Origin: Eledone cirrhosa
Taxonomy: Eukaryota
Reading direction: 5' to 3'
DNA length: 64,000 bases
Assembly: GCA_964016885.1 (NCBI GenBank)
Contig: OZ024741.1
Coordinates: forward strand, 415,152,001 to 415,216,000
This document shows positions 12,001 to 25,900 of the stretch, piece after piece. The stretch's first letter is position 1; the number at the start of each line of letters is the position of its first letter. Made by a program: the position numbers and the translations under genes. The notes beneath the pieces are model-generated. The model was not told the origin of the DNA, did not search any database, and was given only the letters and a program-made list of their open reading frames with translations.

Positions 12001-15000
12001 TTTCTGTTCAAACCAGCTGTATCTGCCCAGAATTCCCTCACCTCTTTCTGTTCAAACCAGCTGTATCTGACCAGAATTCTCTCACCTGTTTCTGTTCAAA
12101 CCAGCTGTATCTGGCCAGAATTTTCTCACTTCTTTCTGTTCAAACCAGCTGTGTCTGACCAGAATTCTCTCACTTCTTTCTGTTCAAACCAGCTGTATCT
12201 GCCCAGAAATCCCTCACCTCTTTAGGTTCAAACCAGCTGTATCTGCCCAGAATTCTCTCACCTCATTCTGTTCAAACCAGCTGTATCTGTCCAGAATTCC
12301 CTCACCTCTTTCTGTTCAAACCAGCCGTATCTGCCCAGAATTCCCTCACCTCTTTCTTTTTAAACCAGCTGTATCTGACCACAATTCTCTCACTTCTTTC
12401 TGTTCAAACCAGCTGTATCTGGTCAGAATTCTCTCACTTATTTCCGTTTAAACCAGCTGTATCTCGCCAGATTTCTCTCACTTCTTTTTATTCAAACCAG
12501 CTGTATCTGCCCAGAATTCCTTCTCCTCTTTCTGTTCAAACCAGCTGTATCTGACCAGAATTCCCTCTCCTCTTTCTGTTTAAACCATCTGTATCTGCCC
12601 AGAATTCTGTCACTTCTTTCTGTTCAAACCAGCTGTATCTGCCCAGAATTCCCTCACCTCTTTCTGTTTAAACCTTCTGTATATGCCCAGAATGTTCTCA
12701 CCTCTTTCTGTTCAAAGCAGCTGTATCTGCCCAGAATTCCCTCACTTCTTTCTGTTCAAACCAGCTGTATCTGCCCAGAATTCCCTCACCTCTTTCTGTT
12801 CAAACCAGCTGTATCTGGCCAGAATTCCCTTACCTCTTTCCGTTCAAATCATCTGTATCTGACCAGAATTCTCTCACTTCATTCTGTTCAAACCAGCTGT
12901 ATCTGACCAGAATTCTCTCACCTCTTTCTGTTCAAACCAGCTGTATCTGCCCAGAATTCCCTCACTTCTTTCTGTTCAAACCAGCTGTATCTGCCCAGAA
13001 ATCCCTCACCTCTTTCTGTTCAAACCAGCTGTATCTGCCCAGAATTCTCTCACCTCATTCTGTTCAAACCAGCTGTATCTGCCCAGAATTCCCTCACCTC
13101 TTTCTTTTCAAACCAGCTGTATCTGACCAGAATTCTCTCACTTCTTTCTGTTAAAACCAGCTGTATCTGGCCAGAATTCTCTCACTTCTTTCTGTTCAAA
13201 CCAGCTGTATCTGACCAGAATTCTCTCACCTCTTTCTGTTCAAACCAGCTGTATCTGCCCAGAATTCTCTCACCTCTTTCTATTCAAACCAGCTGTATCT
13301 GGCCAGAATTCTCTCACTTCTTTCTGTTTAAACCAGCTGTATCTGGCCAGAATTCTCTCACCTCTTTCTGTTCAAACCAGCCGTATCTGCCCAGAATTCC
13401 CTCACCTCATTCTGTTCAAACCATCTGTATCTGACCAGAATTCCCTCTCCTCTTTCTGTTTAAACCATCTGTATCTGCCCAGAATTCTGTCACTTCTTTC
13501 TGTTCAAACCAGCTGTATCTGCCCAGAATTCCCTCACCTCTTTCTGTTTACACCTTCTGTATATGCCCAGAATTTTCTCACCTCTTTCTGTTCAAAGCAG
13601 CTGTATCTGCCCAGAATTCCCTCACTTCTTCCTGTTGAAACCAGCTGTATCTGCCCAGAATTCCCTCACCTCTTTCTGTTCAAACCAGCTGTATCTGGCC
13701 AGAATTCCCTCACCTCTTTCTGTTCAAATCATCTGTATCTGCCCAGAATTCTCTCACTTCTTTCTGTTCAAACCAGCGATATCTGCCCAGAATTCCCTCA
13801 CCTCTTTCTGTTCAAACCAGCTGTATCTGACCAGAATTCTCTCACTTCATTCTGTTCAAACCAGCTGTATCTGACCAGAATTCTCTCACCTCTTTCTTTT
13901 CAAACCAGCTGTATCTGCCCAGAATTCTCTCACCTGTTTCTGTTCAAATCAGCTGCATCTGGTCAGAATTCTCTCACTTCTTTCTGTTTAAACCAGCTGT
14001 ATCTGGTCAGAATTCTCTCACTTCTTTCTGTTCAAACCAGCTGTATCTGACCAGAATTCCCTCACCTCTTTCTGTTCAAACCAGCTGTTTCTGCCCAGAA
14101 TTCCCTAACTTCTTTCTGTTCAAACCAGCTGTATCTGCCCAGACTTCCCTCACCTCTTTCTGTTCACAACAGCTGTATCTGCCCAGAATTCCCTCACTTC
14201 TTTCTGTTCAAACCAGCTGTATCTGCCCAGAATTCTCTCACCTGTTTATGTTCAAACCAGCTGTATCTGGTCAGAATTCTCTCACTTCTTTCTGTTTAAA
14301 CCAGCTGTATCTGGCCAGAATTCTCTCAATTTATTTCTGTTCACACCAGCTGTATCTGACCAGAATTCCCTCACCTCTTTCTGTTCAAACCAGCTGTATC
14401 TGACCAGAATTCTCTCACTTCTTTCTGTTCAAACCAGCTGTATCTGCCCAGAATTCCCTCACCTCTTTCTGTTTAAACCAGCCGTATCTGCCCAGAATTC
14501 TCTTACCTCTTTCTGTTCAAACCAGCTGTATCTGCCCAGAATTCCCTCACCTCTTTCTGTTCAAACCAGCTGTATCTGACCAGAATTCTCTCACCTGTTT
14601 CTGTTCAAACCAGCTTTATCTGGCCAGAATTTTCTCACTTCTTTCTGTTCAAACCAGCTGTGTCTGACCAGAATTCTCTCACTTCTTTCTGTTCAAACCA
14701 TCTGTATCTGACCAGAAGTCCCTCTCCTCTTTCTGTTTAAACCATCTGTATCTGCCCAGAATTCTGTCACTTCTTTCTGTTCAAACCAGCTGTATCTGAC
14801 CAGAATTCTCTCACTTCATTCTGTTCAACCCAGCTGTATCTGACCAGAATTCTCTCACCTCTTTCTGTTCAAACCAGCTGTATCTGCCCAGAATTTCCTC
14901 ACTTATTTCTGTTCAAACCAGCTGTATCTGCCCAGAAATCCCTCACCTCTTTCTGTTTAAACCAGCTGTATCTGGCCAGAATTCCTTCACTTCTTTCTGT

Positions 15001-16950
15001 TTAAACCTTCTGTATATGCCCACAATTTTCTCACCTCTTTCTGTTCAAACCAGCTGTATCTGACCAGAATTCTCTCACCTATTTTTGTTTAAACCAGCCA
15101 TATCTGCCCAGAATTCCCTCACCTCTTTCTGTTCAAACCAGCTGTATCTGACCAGAATTCTCTCACTTCTTTCTTTTCAAACCAGCTGTATCTGCCCAGA
15201 ATTCTCTCACCTCTTTCTGTTCAAACCAGCTGTGTCTGCCCAGAATTCCCTCACCTCTTTTTGTTCAAACCAGCTCTATCTGACCAGCATTCCCTCACCT
15301 CTTTCTGTTCAAACCAGCTGTATCTGGCCAGAATTCTCTTACCTCTTTCTGTTCAAACCAGCTGTATCTGCCCAGAATTCCCTCACTTCTTTCTGTTCAA
15401 ACCAGCTGTATCTGCCCAGAGTTCCCTCACCTCTTTCTGTTCAAACCAGCTCTATTAGACCAGCATTCCCTCACCTCTTTCTGTTCAAACCAGCTGTATC
15501 TGGCCAGAATTCCCTCACCTCTTTCTGTTTAAACCATCTGTATCTGGCCAGAATTCTCTCACTTGTTTCTGTTCAAACCAGCTGTATCTGGTCAGAATTC
15601 TCTCACTTATTTCCGTTTAAACCAGCTGTATCTGGCCAGATTTCTCTCACTTCTTTTTATTCAAACCAGCTGTATATGACCAGAATTCTCTCACTTCTTT
15701 CTGTTCAAACCAGCTGTATCTGCCCAGAATTCCTTCTCCTCTTTCTGTTCAAACCAGCTGTATCTGACCAGAATTCCCTCTCCTCTTTCTGTTTAAACCA
15801 TCTGTATCTGCCCAGAATTCTGTCACTTCTTTCTGTTCAAACCAGCTGTATCTGCCCCGAATTCCCTCAACTCTTTCTGTTTAAACCTTCTGTATATGCC
15901 CAGAATGTTCTCACCTCTTTCTGTTCAAAGCAGCTGTATCTGCCCAGAATTCCCTCACTTCTTTCTGTTCAAACCAGCTGTATCTGACCAGAATTCCCTC
16001 ACCTCTTTCTGTTTACACCTTCTGTATATGCCCAGAATTTTCTCACCTCTTTCTGTTCACAGCAGCTGTATCTGCCCAGAATTCCCTCACTTCTTTCTGT
16101 TCAAACCAGCTGTATCTGCCCAGAATTCCCTCACCTCTTTCTGTTCAAACCAGCTGTATCTGGCCAGAATTCCCTCACCTCTTTCTGTTCAGATCATCTG
16201 TATCTGCCCAGAATTCTCTCACCTCTTTCTGTTCAAACCAGCTGTATCTGACCAGAATTCTCTCACTTCATTCTGTTCAAACCAGCTGTATCTGACCAGA
16301 ATTCTCTCACCTCTTTCTGTTCAAACCAGCTGTATCTGACCAGAATTCTCTCACCTCTTTCTTTTCAAACCAGCTGTATCTGCCCAGAATTCTCTCACCT
16401 GTTTCTGTTCAAATCAGCTGCATCTGGTCAGAATTCTCTCACTTCTTTCTGTTTAAACCAGCTGTATCTGGTCAGAATTCTCTCACTTCTTTCTGTTCAA
16501 ACCAGCTGTATCTGACCAGAATTCCCTCACCTCTTTCTGTTCAAACCAGCTGTATCTGCCCAGAATTCCCTCACTCTTTCTGTTCACAACAGCTGTATCT
16601 GCCCAGAATTCCCTCACTTCTTTCTGTTCAAACCAGCTGTATCTGCCCAGAATTCTCTCACCTGTTTATGTTCAAACCAGCTGTATCTGGTCAGAATTCT
16701 CTCACTTCTTTCTGTTTAAACCAGCTGTATCTGGCCAGAATTCTCTCAATTTATTTCTGTTCACACCAGCTGTATCTGACCAGAATTCCCTCACCTCTTT
16801 CTGTTCAAACCAGCTGTATCTGACCAGAATTCCCTCACTTCTTTCTGTTCAAACCAGCTGTATCTGCCCAGAATTCCCTCACCTCTTTCTGTTCAAACCA
16901 GCCGTATCTGCCCAGAATTCTCTTACCTCTTTCTGTTCAAACCAGCTGTA
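1..16950. repeat. Dispersed duplication: ~1-5,500 repeated at ~11,534-16,950 (offset 11,533, falling to 11,489 then 11,445 by whole-monomer losses)
   Basis: ORF-track starts 49/11582, 2074/13563 and 3772/15261. Shared private variants CAGACTTCC (2651/14140), GACCAGAAGTCC (3221/14710) and the 43-bp monomer (5118/16563). Confidence 0.88.
5514..12340. repeat. 3,390-bp tandem duplication (77 monomers +2 bp), about 2 copies
   Basis: ORF starts 5535/8925, 6691/10081, 7136/10526 and 8192/11582 are all 3,390 apart. Both copies share the private monomer TTGAAACCAGCTGTTTCTGCCCGAATTC (5535/8925) and a T6 run (6717/10107). Confidence 0.92.
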
Positions 16951-19900
16951 TCTGCCCAGAATTCCCTCACCTCTTTCTGTTCAAACCAGATGTATCTGAC
17001 CAGAATTCTCTCACCTGTTTCTGTTCAAACCAGCTGTATCTGGCCAGAATTTTCTCACTTCTTTCTGTTCAAACCAGCTGTGTCTGACCAGAATTCTCTC
17101 ACTTCTTTCTGTTCAAACCAGCTGTATCTGCCCAGAAATCCCTCACCTCTTTCTGTTCAAACCAGCTGTATCTGCCCAGAATTCTCTCACCTCATTCTGT
17201 TCAAACCAGCTGTATCTGTCCAGAATTCCCTCACCTCTTTCTGTTCAAACCAGCCGTATCTGCCCAGAATTCCCTCACCTCTTTCTTTTCAAACCAGCTG
17301 TATCTGACCACAATTCTATCACTTCTTTCTGTTCAAACCAGCTGTATCTGGCCAGAATTCTCTCACTTCTTTCTGTTCAAACCAGCTGTATCTGACCAGA
17401 ATTCTCTCACCTCTTTCTGTTCAAACCAGCTGTATCTGCCCAGAATTCTCTCACCTCTTTCTATTCAAACCAGCTGTATCTGGCCAGAATTCTCTCACTT
17501 CTTTCTGTTTAAACCAGCTGTATCTGGGCAGAATTCTCTCACCTCTTTCTGTTCAAACCAGCCGTATCTGCCCAGAATTCCCTCACTTCTTTCTGTTCAA
17601 ACCAGCTGTATCTGGCCAGAATTCTCTCACTTCTTTCTGTTCAAACCAGCTGTATCTGACCAGAATTCTCTCATCTCTTTCTGTTCAAACCAGCTGTATC
17701 TGCCCAGAACTCTCTCACCTCTTTCTCTTCAAACCAGCTGTATCTGGTCAGAATTTCCTCACCTCTTTCTGTTCAAACCAGCTGTATCTGCCCAGAATTT
17801 TCTCACCTCTTTCCGTTCAAACCATCTGTATCTGACCAGAATTCTCTCACCTCTTTCTTTTCAAACCAGCTGTATCTGCCCAGAATTCTCTCACCTGTTT
17901 CTTTTCAAATCAGCTGTATCTGGTCAGAATTCTCTCACTTCTTTCTGTTTAAACCAGCTGTATCTGGTCAGAATTCTCTCACTTCTTTCTGTTCAAACCA
18001 GCTGTATCTGCCCAGAATTCCCTCACTTCTTTCTGTTCAAACCAGCTGTATCTGCCCAGAATTCCCTCACCTCTTTCTGTTCAAACCAGCTGTATCTGGC
18101 CAGAATTCCCTCACCTCTTTCCGTTCAAATCATCTGTATCTGCCCAGAATTCTCTCACTTCTTTCTGTTCAAACCAGCTGTATCTGACCAGAATTCTCTC
18201 ACTTCATTCTGTTCAAACCAGCTGTATCTGACCAGAATTCTCTCACTTCTTTCTGTTCAAACCAGCTGTATCTGCCCAGAATTCCCCCACTTCTTTCTGT
18301 TCAAACCAGCTGTATCTGCCCAGAAATCCCTCACCTCTTTCTGTTCAAACCAGCTGTATCTGACTAGAATTCTCTCACCTCTTTCTGTTCAGACCAGCTG
18401 TATCTGCCCAGAATTCTCTCACCTCTTTCTGTTCAAACCAGCTGTATCTGCCCAGAATTCCCTCACCTCTTTCTGTTCAAACCAGCTGTATCTGCCCAGA
18501 ATTCTCTCACCTCTTTCTGTTCAAACCATCTGTATCTGACCAGAATTCTCTCACTTCTTTCTTTTCAAACCAGCTGTATCTGCCCAGAATTCTCTCACCT
18601 CATTCTGTTCAAACCAGCTGTATCTGTCCAGAATTCCCTCACCTCTTTCTGTTCAAACCAGCCGTATCTGCCCAGAATTCCCTCACCTCTTTCTTTTCAA
18701 ACCAGCTGTATCTGACCAGAATTCTCTCACTTCTTTCTGTTCAAACCAGCTGTATCTGACCAGAATTCTCTCACCTCTTTCTGTTCAAACCAGCTGTATC
18801 TGGCCAGAATTCTCTCACCTCATTCTGTTCAAACCAGCTGTATCTGTCCAGAATTCCCTCACCTCTTTCTGTTCAAACCAGCCGTATCTGCCCAGAATTC
18901 CCTCACCTCTTTCTTTTCAAACCAGCTGTATCTGACCAGAATTCTCTCACCTCTTTCTGTTCAAACCAGCTGTATCTGGCCAGAATTCTCTCACTTCTTT
19001 CTGTTCAAACCAGCTGTATCTGACCAGAATTCTCTCACCTCTTTCTGTTCAAACCAGCTGTATCTGGCCAGAATTCTCTCACTTCTTTCTGTTTAAACCA
19101 GCTGTATCTGGCCAGAATTCTCTCACCTCTTTCTGTTCAAACCAGCCGTATCTGCCCAGAATTCCCTCACCTCATTCTGTTCAAACCATCTGTATCTGAC
19201 CAGAATTCCCTCTCCTCTTTCTGTTTAAACCATCTGTATCTGCCCAGAATTCTGTCACTTCTTTCTGTTCAAACCAGCTGTATCTGCCCAGAATTCCCTC
19301 ACCTCTTTCTGTTTACACCTTCTGTATATGCCCAGAATTTTCTCACCTCTTTCTGTTCAAAGCAGCTGTATCTGCCCAGAATTCCCTCACTTCTTTCTGT
19401 TCAAACCAGCTGTATCTGCCCAGAATTCCCTCACCTCTTTCTGTTCAAACCAGCTGTATCTGGCCAGAATTCCCTCACCTCTTTCTGTTCAAATCATCTG
19501 TATCTGCCCAGAATTCTCTCACTTCTTTCTGTTCAAACCAGCGATATCTGCCCAGAATTCCCTCACCTCTTTCTGTTCAAACCAGCTGTATCTGACCAGA
19601 ATTCTCTCACTTCATTCTGTTCAAACCAGCTGTATCTGACCAGAATTCTCTCACCTCTTTCTGTTCAAACCAGCTGTATCTGACCAGAATTCTCTCACCT
19701 CTTTCTTTTCAAACCAGCTGTATCTGCCCAGAATTCTCTCACCTGTTTCTGTTCAAATCAGCTGCATCTGGTCAGAATTCTCTCACTTCTTTCTGTTTAA
19801 ACCAGCTGTATCTGGTCAGAATTCTCTCACTTCTTTCTGTTCAAACCAGCTGTATCTGACCAGAATTCCCTCACCTCTTTCTGTTCAAACCAGCTGTATC

Positions 19901-22900
19901 TGCCCAGAATTCCCTCACTTCTCTCTGTTCAAACCAGCTGTATCTGCCCAGAATTCCCTCACCTCTTTCTGTTCACAACAGCTGTATCTGCCCAGAATTC
20001 CCTCACTTCTTTCTGTTCAAACCAGCTGTATCTGCCCAGAATTCTCTCACCTGTTTATGTTCAAACCAGCTGTATCTGGTCAGAATTCTCTCACTTCTTT
20101 CTGTTTAAACCAGCTGTATCTGGCCAGAATTCTCTCAATTTATTTTCGTTCACACCAGCTGTATCTGACCAGAATTCCCTCACCTCTTTCTGTTCAAACC
20201 AGCTGTATCTGACCAGAATTCTCTCACTTCTTTCTGTTCAAACCAGCTGTATCTGCCCAGAATTCCCTCACCTCTTTCTGTTCAAACCAGCCGTATCTGC
20301 CCAGAATTCTCTTACCTCTTTCTGTTCAAACCAGCTGTATCTGCCCAGAATTCCCTCACCTCTTTCTGTTCAAACCAGCTGTATCTGACCAGAATTCTCT
20401 CACCTCTTTCTGTTCAAACCAGCTGTATCTGACCAGAATTCTCTCACTTCTTTCTGTTCAAACCAGCTGTATCTGCCCAGAATTCCCTCACCTCTTTCTG
20501 TTCAAACCAGCCGTATCTGCCCAGAATTCTCTTACCTCTTTCTGTTCAAAGCAGCTGTATCTGCCCAGAATTCCCTCACTTCTTTCTGTTCAAACCAGCT
20601 GTATCTGCCCAGAATTCCCTCACCTCTTTCTGTTCAAACCAGCTGTATCTGGCCAGAATTCCCTTACCTCTTTCCGTTCAAATCATCTGTATCTGCCCAG
20701 AATTCTCTCACTTCTTTCTGTTCAAACCAGCTGTATCTGACCAGAATTCTCTCACTTCATTCTGTTCAAACCAGCTGTATCTGACCAGAATTCTCTCACC
20801 TCTTTCTGTTCAAACCAGCTGTATCTGCCCAGAATTCCCTCACTTCTTTCTGTTCAAACCAGCTGTATCTGCCCAGAAATCCCTCACCTCTTTCTGTTCA
20901 AACCAGCTGTATCTGCCCAGAATTCTCTCACCTCATTCTGTTCAAACCAGCTGTATCTGCCCAGAATTCCCTCACCTCTTTCTTTTCAAACCAGCTGTAT
21001 CTGACCAGAATTCTCTCACCTCTTTCTGTTCAAACCAGCTGTATCTGGCCAGAATTCTCTCACCTCATTCTGTTCAAACCAGCTGTATCTGTCCAGAATT
21101 CCCTCACCTCTTTCTGTTCAAACCAGCCGTATCTGCCCAGAATTCCCTCACCTCTTTCTTTTCAAACCAGCTGTATCTGACCAGAATTCTCTCACCTCTT
21201 TCTGTTCAAACCAGCTGTATCTGGCCAGAATTCTCTCACTTCTTTCTGTTCAAACCAGCTGTATCTGACCAGAATTCTCTCACCTCTTTCTGTTCAAACC
21301 AGCTGTATCTGGCCAGAATTCTCTCACTTCTTTCTGTTTAAACCAGCTGTATCGGGCCAGAATTCTCTCACCTCTTTCTGTTCAAACCAGCCGTATCTGC
21401 CCAGAATTCCCTCACCTCATTCTGTTCAAACCATCTGTATCTGACCAGAATTCCCTCTCCTCTTTCTGTTTAAACCATCTGTATCTGCCCAGAATTCTGT
21501 CACTTCTTTCTGTTCAAACCAGCTGTATCTGCCCAGAATTCCCTCACCTCTTTCTGTTTACACCTTCTGTATATGCCCAGAATTTTCTCACCTCTTTCTG
21601 TTCAAAGCAGCTGTATCTGCCCATAATTCCCTCACTTCTTTCTGTTCAAACCAGCTGTATCTGCCCAGAATTCCCTCACCTCTTTCTGTTCAAACCAGCT
21701 GTATCTGGCCAGAATTCCCTCACCTCTTTCTGTTCAAATCATCTGTATCTGCCCAGAATTCTCTCACTTCTTTCTGTTCAAACCAGCGATATCTGCCCAG
21801 AATTCCCTCACCTCTTTCTGTTCAAACCAGCTGTATCTGACCAGAATTCTCTCACTTCATTCTCTTCAAACCAGCTGTATCTGACCAGAATTCTCTCACC
21901 TCTTTCTGTTCAAACCAGCTGTATCTGACCAGAATTCTCTCACCTCTTTCTTTTCAAACCAGCTGTATCTGCCCAGAATTCTCTCACCTGTTTCTGTTCA
22001 AATCAGCTGCATCTGGTCAGAATTCTCTCACTTCTTTCTGTTTAAACCAGCTGTATCTGGTCAGAATTCTCTCACTTCTTTCTGTTCAAACCAGCTGTAT
22101 CTGACCAGAATTCCCTCACCTCTTTCTGTTCACAACAGCTGTATCTGCCCAGAATTCCCTCACTTCTTTCTGTTCAAACCAGCTGTATCTGCCCAGAATT
22201 CTCTCACCTGTTTATGTTCAAACCAGCTGTATCTGGTCAGAATTCTCTCACTTCTTTCTGTTTAAACCAGCTGTATCTGGCCAGAATTCTCTCAATTTAT
22301 TTTCGTTCACACCAGCTGTATCTGACCAGAATTCCCTCACCTCTTTCTGTTCAAACCAGCTGTATCTGACCAGAATTCTCTCACTTCTTTCTGTTCAAAC
22401 CAGCTGTATCTGCCCAGAATTCCCTCACCTCTTTCTGTTCAAACCAGCCGTATCTGCCCAGAATTCTCTTACCTCTTTCTGTTCAAACCAGCTGTATCTG
22501 CCCAGAATTCCCTCACCTCTTTCTGTTCAAACCAGCTGTATCTGACCAGAATTCTCTCACCTCTTTCTGTTCAAACCAGCTGTATCTGACCAGAATTCTC
22601 TCACCTCTTTCTGTTCAAACCAGCTGTATCTGCCCAGAATTCCCTCACCTCTTTCTGTTCAAACCAGCCGTATCTGCCCAGAATTCTCTTACCTCTTTCT
22701 GTTCAAAGCAGCTGTATCTGCCCAGAATTCCCTCACCTCTTTCTGTTCAAACCAGCTGTATCTGGCCAGAATTCCCTTACCTCTTTCCGTTCAAATCATC
22801 TGTATCTGCCCAGAATTCTCTCACTTCTTTCTGTTCAAACCAGCTGTATCTGACCAGAATTCTCTCACTTCATTCTGTTCAAACCAGCTGTATCTGACCA

Positions 22901-25900
22901 GAATTCTCTCACCTCTTTCTGTTCAAACCAGCTGTATCTGCCCAGAATTCCCTCACTTCTTTCTGTTCAAACCAGCTGTATCTGCCCAGAAATCCCTCAC
23001 CTCTTTCTGTTCAAACCAGCTGTATCTGCCCAGAATTCTCTCACCTCATTCTGTTCAAACCAGCTGTATCTGCCCAGAATTCCCTCACCTCTTTCTTTTC
23101 AAACCAGCTGTATCTGACCAGAATTCTCTCACTTCTTTATGTTAAAACCAGCTGTATCTGGCCAGAATTCTCTCACTTCTTTCTGTTCAAACCAGCTGTA
23201 TCTGACCAGAATTCTCTCACCTCTTTCTGTTCAAACCAGCTGTATCTGCCCAGAATTCTCTCACCTCTTTCTATTCAAACCAGCTGTATCTGGCCAGAAT
23301 TCTGTCACTTCTTTCTGTTTAAACCAGCTGTATCTGGCCAGAATTCTCTCACCTCTTTCTGTTCAAACCAGCCGTATCTGCCCAGAATTCCCTCACCTCA
23401 TTCTGTTCAAACCATCTGTATCTGACCAGAATTCCCTCTCCTCTTTCTGTTTAAACCATCTGTATCTGCCCAGAATTCTGTCACTTCTTTCTGTTCAAAC
23501 CAGCTGTATCTGCCCAGAATTCCCTCACCTCTTTCTGTTTACACCTTCTGTATATGCCCAGAATTTTCTCACCTCTTTCTGTTCAAAGCAGCTGTATCTG
23601 CCTAGAATTCCCTCACTTCTTTCTGTTGAAACCAGCTGTATCTGCCCAGAATTCCCTCACCTCTTTCTGTTCAAACCAGCTGTATCTGGCCAGAATTCCC
23701 TCACCTCTTTCTGTTCAAATCATCTGTATCTGCCCAGAATTCTCTCACTTCTTTCTGTTCAAACCAGCAATATTTGCCCAGAATTCCCTCACCTCTTTCT
23801 GTTCAAACCAGCTGTATCTGACCAGAATTCTCTCACTTCATTCTGTTCAAACCAGCTGTATCTGACCAGAATTCTCCCACCTCTTTCTGTTCAAACCAGC
23901 TGTATCTGACCAGAATTCTCTCACCTCTTTCTTTTCAAACCAGCTGTATCTGCCCAGAATTCTCTCACCTGTTTCTGTTCAAATCAGCTGCATCTGGTCA
24001 GAATTCTCTCACTTCTTTCTGTTCAAACCAGCTGTTTCTGCCCAGAATTCCCTCACTTCTTTCTGTTCAAACCAGCTGTATCTGCCCAGAATTCCCTCAC
24101 CTCTTTCTGTTCACAACAGCTGTATCTGCCCAGAATTCCCTCTCCTCTTTCTGTTTAAACCATCTGTATCTGCCCAGAATTCTGTCACTTCTTTCTGTTC
24201 AAACCAGCTGTATCTGCCCAGAATTTTCTCACCTCTTTCTGTTCAAACCATCTGTATCTGACCAGAATTCTCTCACTTCTTTCTTTTCAAACCAGCTGTA
24301 TCTGCCCAGAATTCTCTCACCTCATTCTGTTCAAACCAGCTGTATCTGTCCAGAATTCCCTCACCTCTTTCTGTTCAAACCAGCCGTATCTGCCCAGAAT
24401 TCCCTCACCTCTTTCTTTTCAAACCAGCTGTATCTGACCAGAATTCTCTCACTTCTTTCTGTTCAAACCAGCTGTATCTGACCAGAATTCTCTCACCTCT
24501 TTCTGTTCAAACCAGCTGTATCTGGCCAGAATTCTCTCACCTCATTCTGTTCAAACCAGCTGTATCTGTCCAGAATTCCCTCACCTCTTTCTGTTCAAAC
24601 CAGCCGTATCTGCCCAGAATTCCCTCACCTCTTTCTTTTCAAACCAGCTGTATCTGACCAGAATTCTCTCACCTCTTTCTGTTCAAACCAGCTGTATCTG
24701 GCCAGAATTCTCTCACTTCTTTCTGTTCAAACCAGCTGTATCTGACCAGAATTCTCTCACCTCTTTCTGTTCAAACCAGCTGTATCTGGCCAGAATTCTC
24801 TCACTTCTTTCTGTTTAAACCAGCTGTATCTGGCCAGAATTCTCTCACCTCTTTCTGTTCAAACCAGCCGTATCTGCCCAGAATTCCCTCACCTCATTCT
24901 GTTCAAACCATCTGTATCTGACCAGAATTCCCTCTCCTCTTTCTGTTTAAACCATCTGTATCTGCCCAGAATTCTGTCACTTCTTTCTGTTCAAACCAGC
25001 TGTATCTGCCCAGAATTCCCTCACCTCTTTCTGTTTACACCTTCTGTATATGCCCAGAATTTTCTCACCTCTTTCTGTTCAAAGCAGCTGTATCTGCCCA
25101 GAATTCCCTCACTTCTTTCTGTTCAAACCAGCTGTATCTGCCCAGAATTCCCTCACCTCTTTCTGTTCAAACCAGCTGTATCTGGCCAGAATTCCCTCAC
25201 CTCTTTCTGTTCAAATCATCTGTATCTGCCCAGAATTCTCTCACTTCTTTCTGTTCAAACCAGCGATATCTGCCCAGAATTCCCTCACCTCTTTCTGTTC
25301 AAACCAGCTGTATCTGACCAGAATTCTCTCACTTCATTCTGTTCAAACCAGCTGTATCTGACCAGAATTCTCTCACCTCTTTCTGTTCAAACCAGCTGTA
25401 TCTGACCAGAATTCTCTCACCTCTTTCTTTTCAAACCAGCTGTATCTGCCCAGAATTCTCTCACCTGTTTCTGTTCAAATCAGCTGCATCTGGTCAGAAT
25501 TCTCTCACTTCTTTCTGTTTAAACCAGCTGTATCTGGTCAGAATTCTCTCACTTCTTTCTGTTCAAACCAGCTGTATCTGACCAGAATTCCCTCACCTCT
25601 TTCTGTTCAAACCAGCTGTATCTGCCCAGAATTCCCTCACTTCTCTCTGTTCAAACCAGCTGTATCTGCCCAGAATTCCCTCACCTCTTTCTGTTCACAA
25701 CAGCTGTATCTGCCCAGAATTCCCTCACTTCTTTCTGTTCAAACCAGCTGTATCTGCCCAGAATTCTCTCACCTGTTTATGTTCAAACCAGCTGTATCTG
25801 GTCAGAATTCTCTCACTTCTTTCTGTTTAAACCAGCTGTATCTGGCCAGAATTCTCTCAATTTATTTTCGTTCACACCAGCTGTATCTGACCAGAATTCC

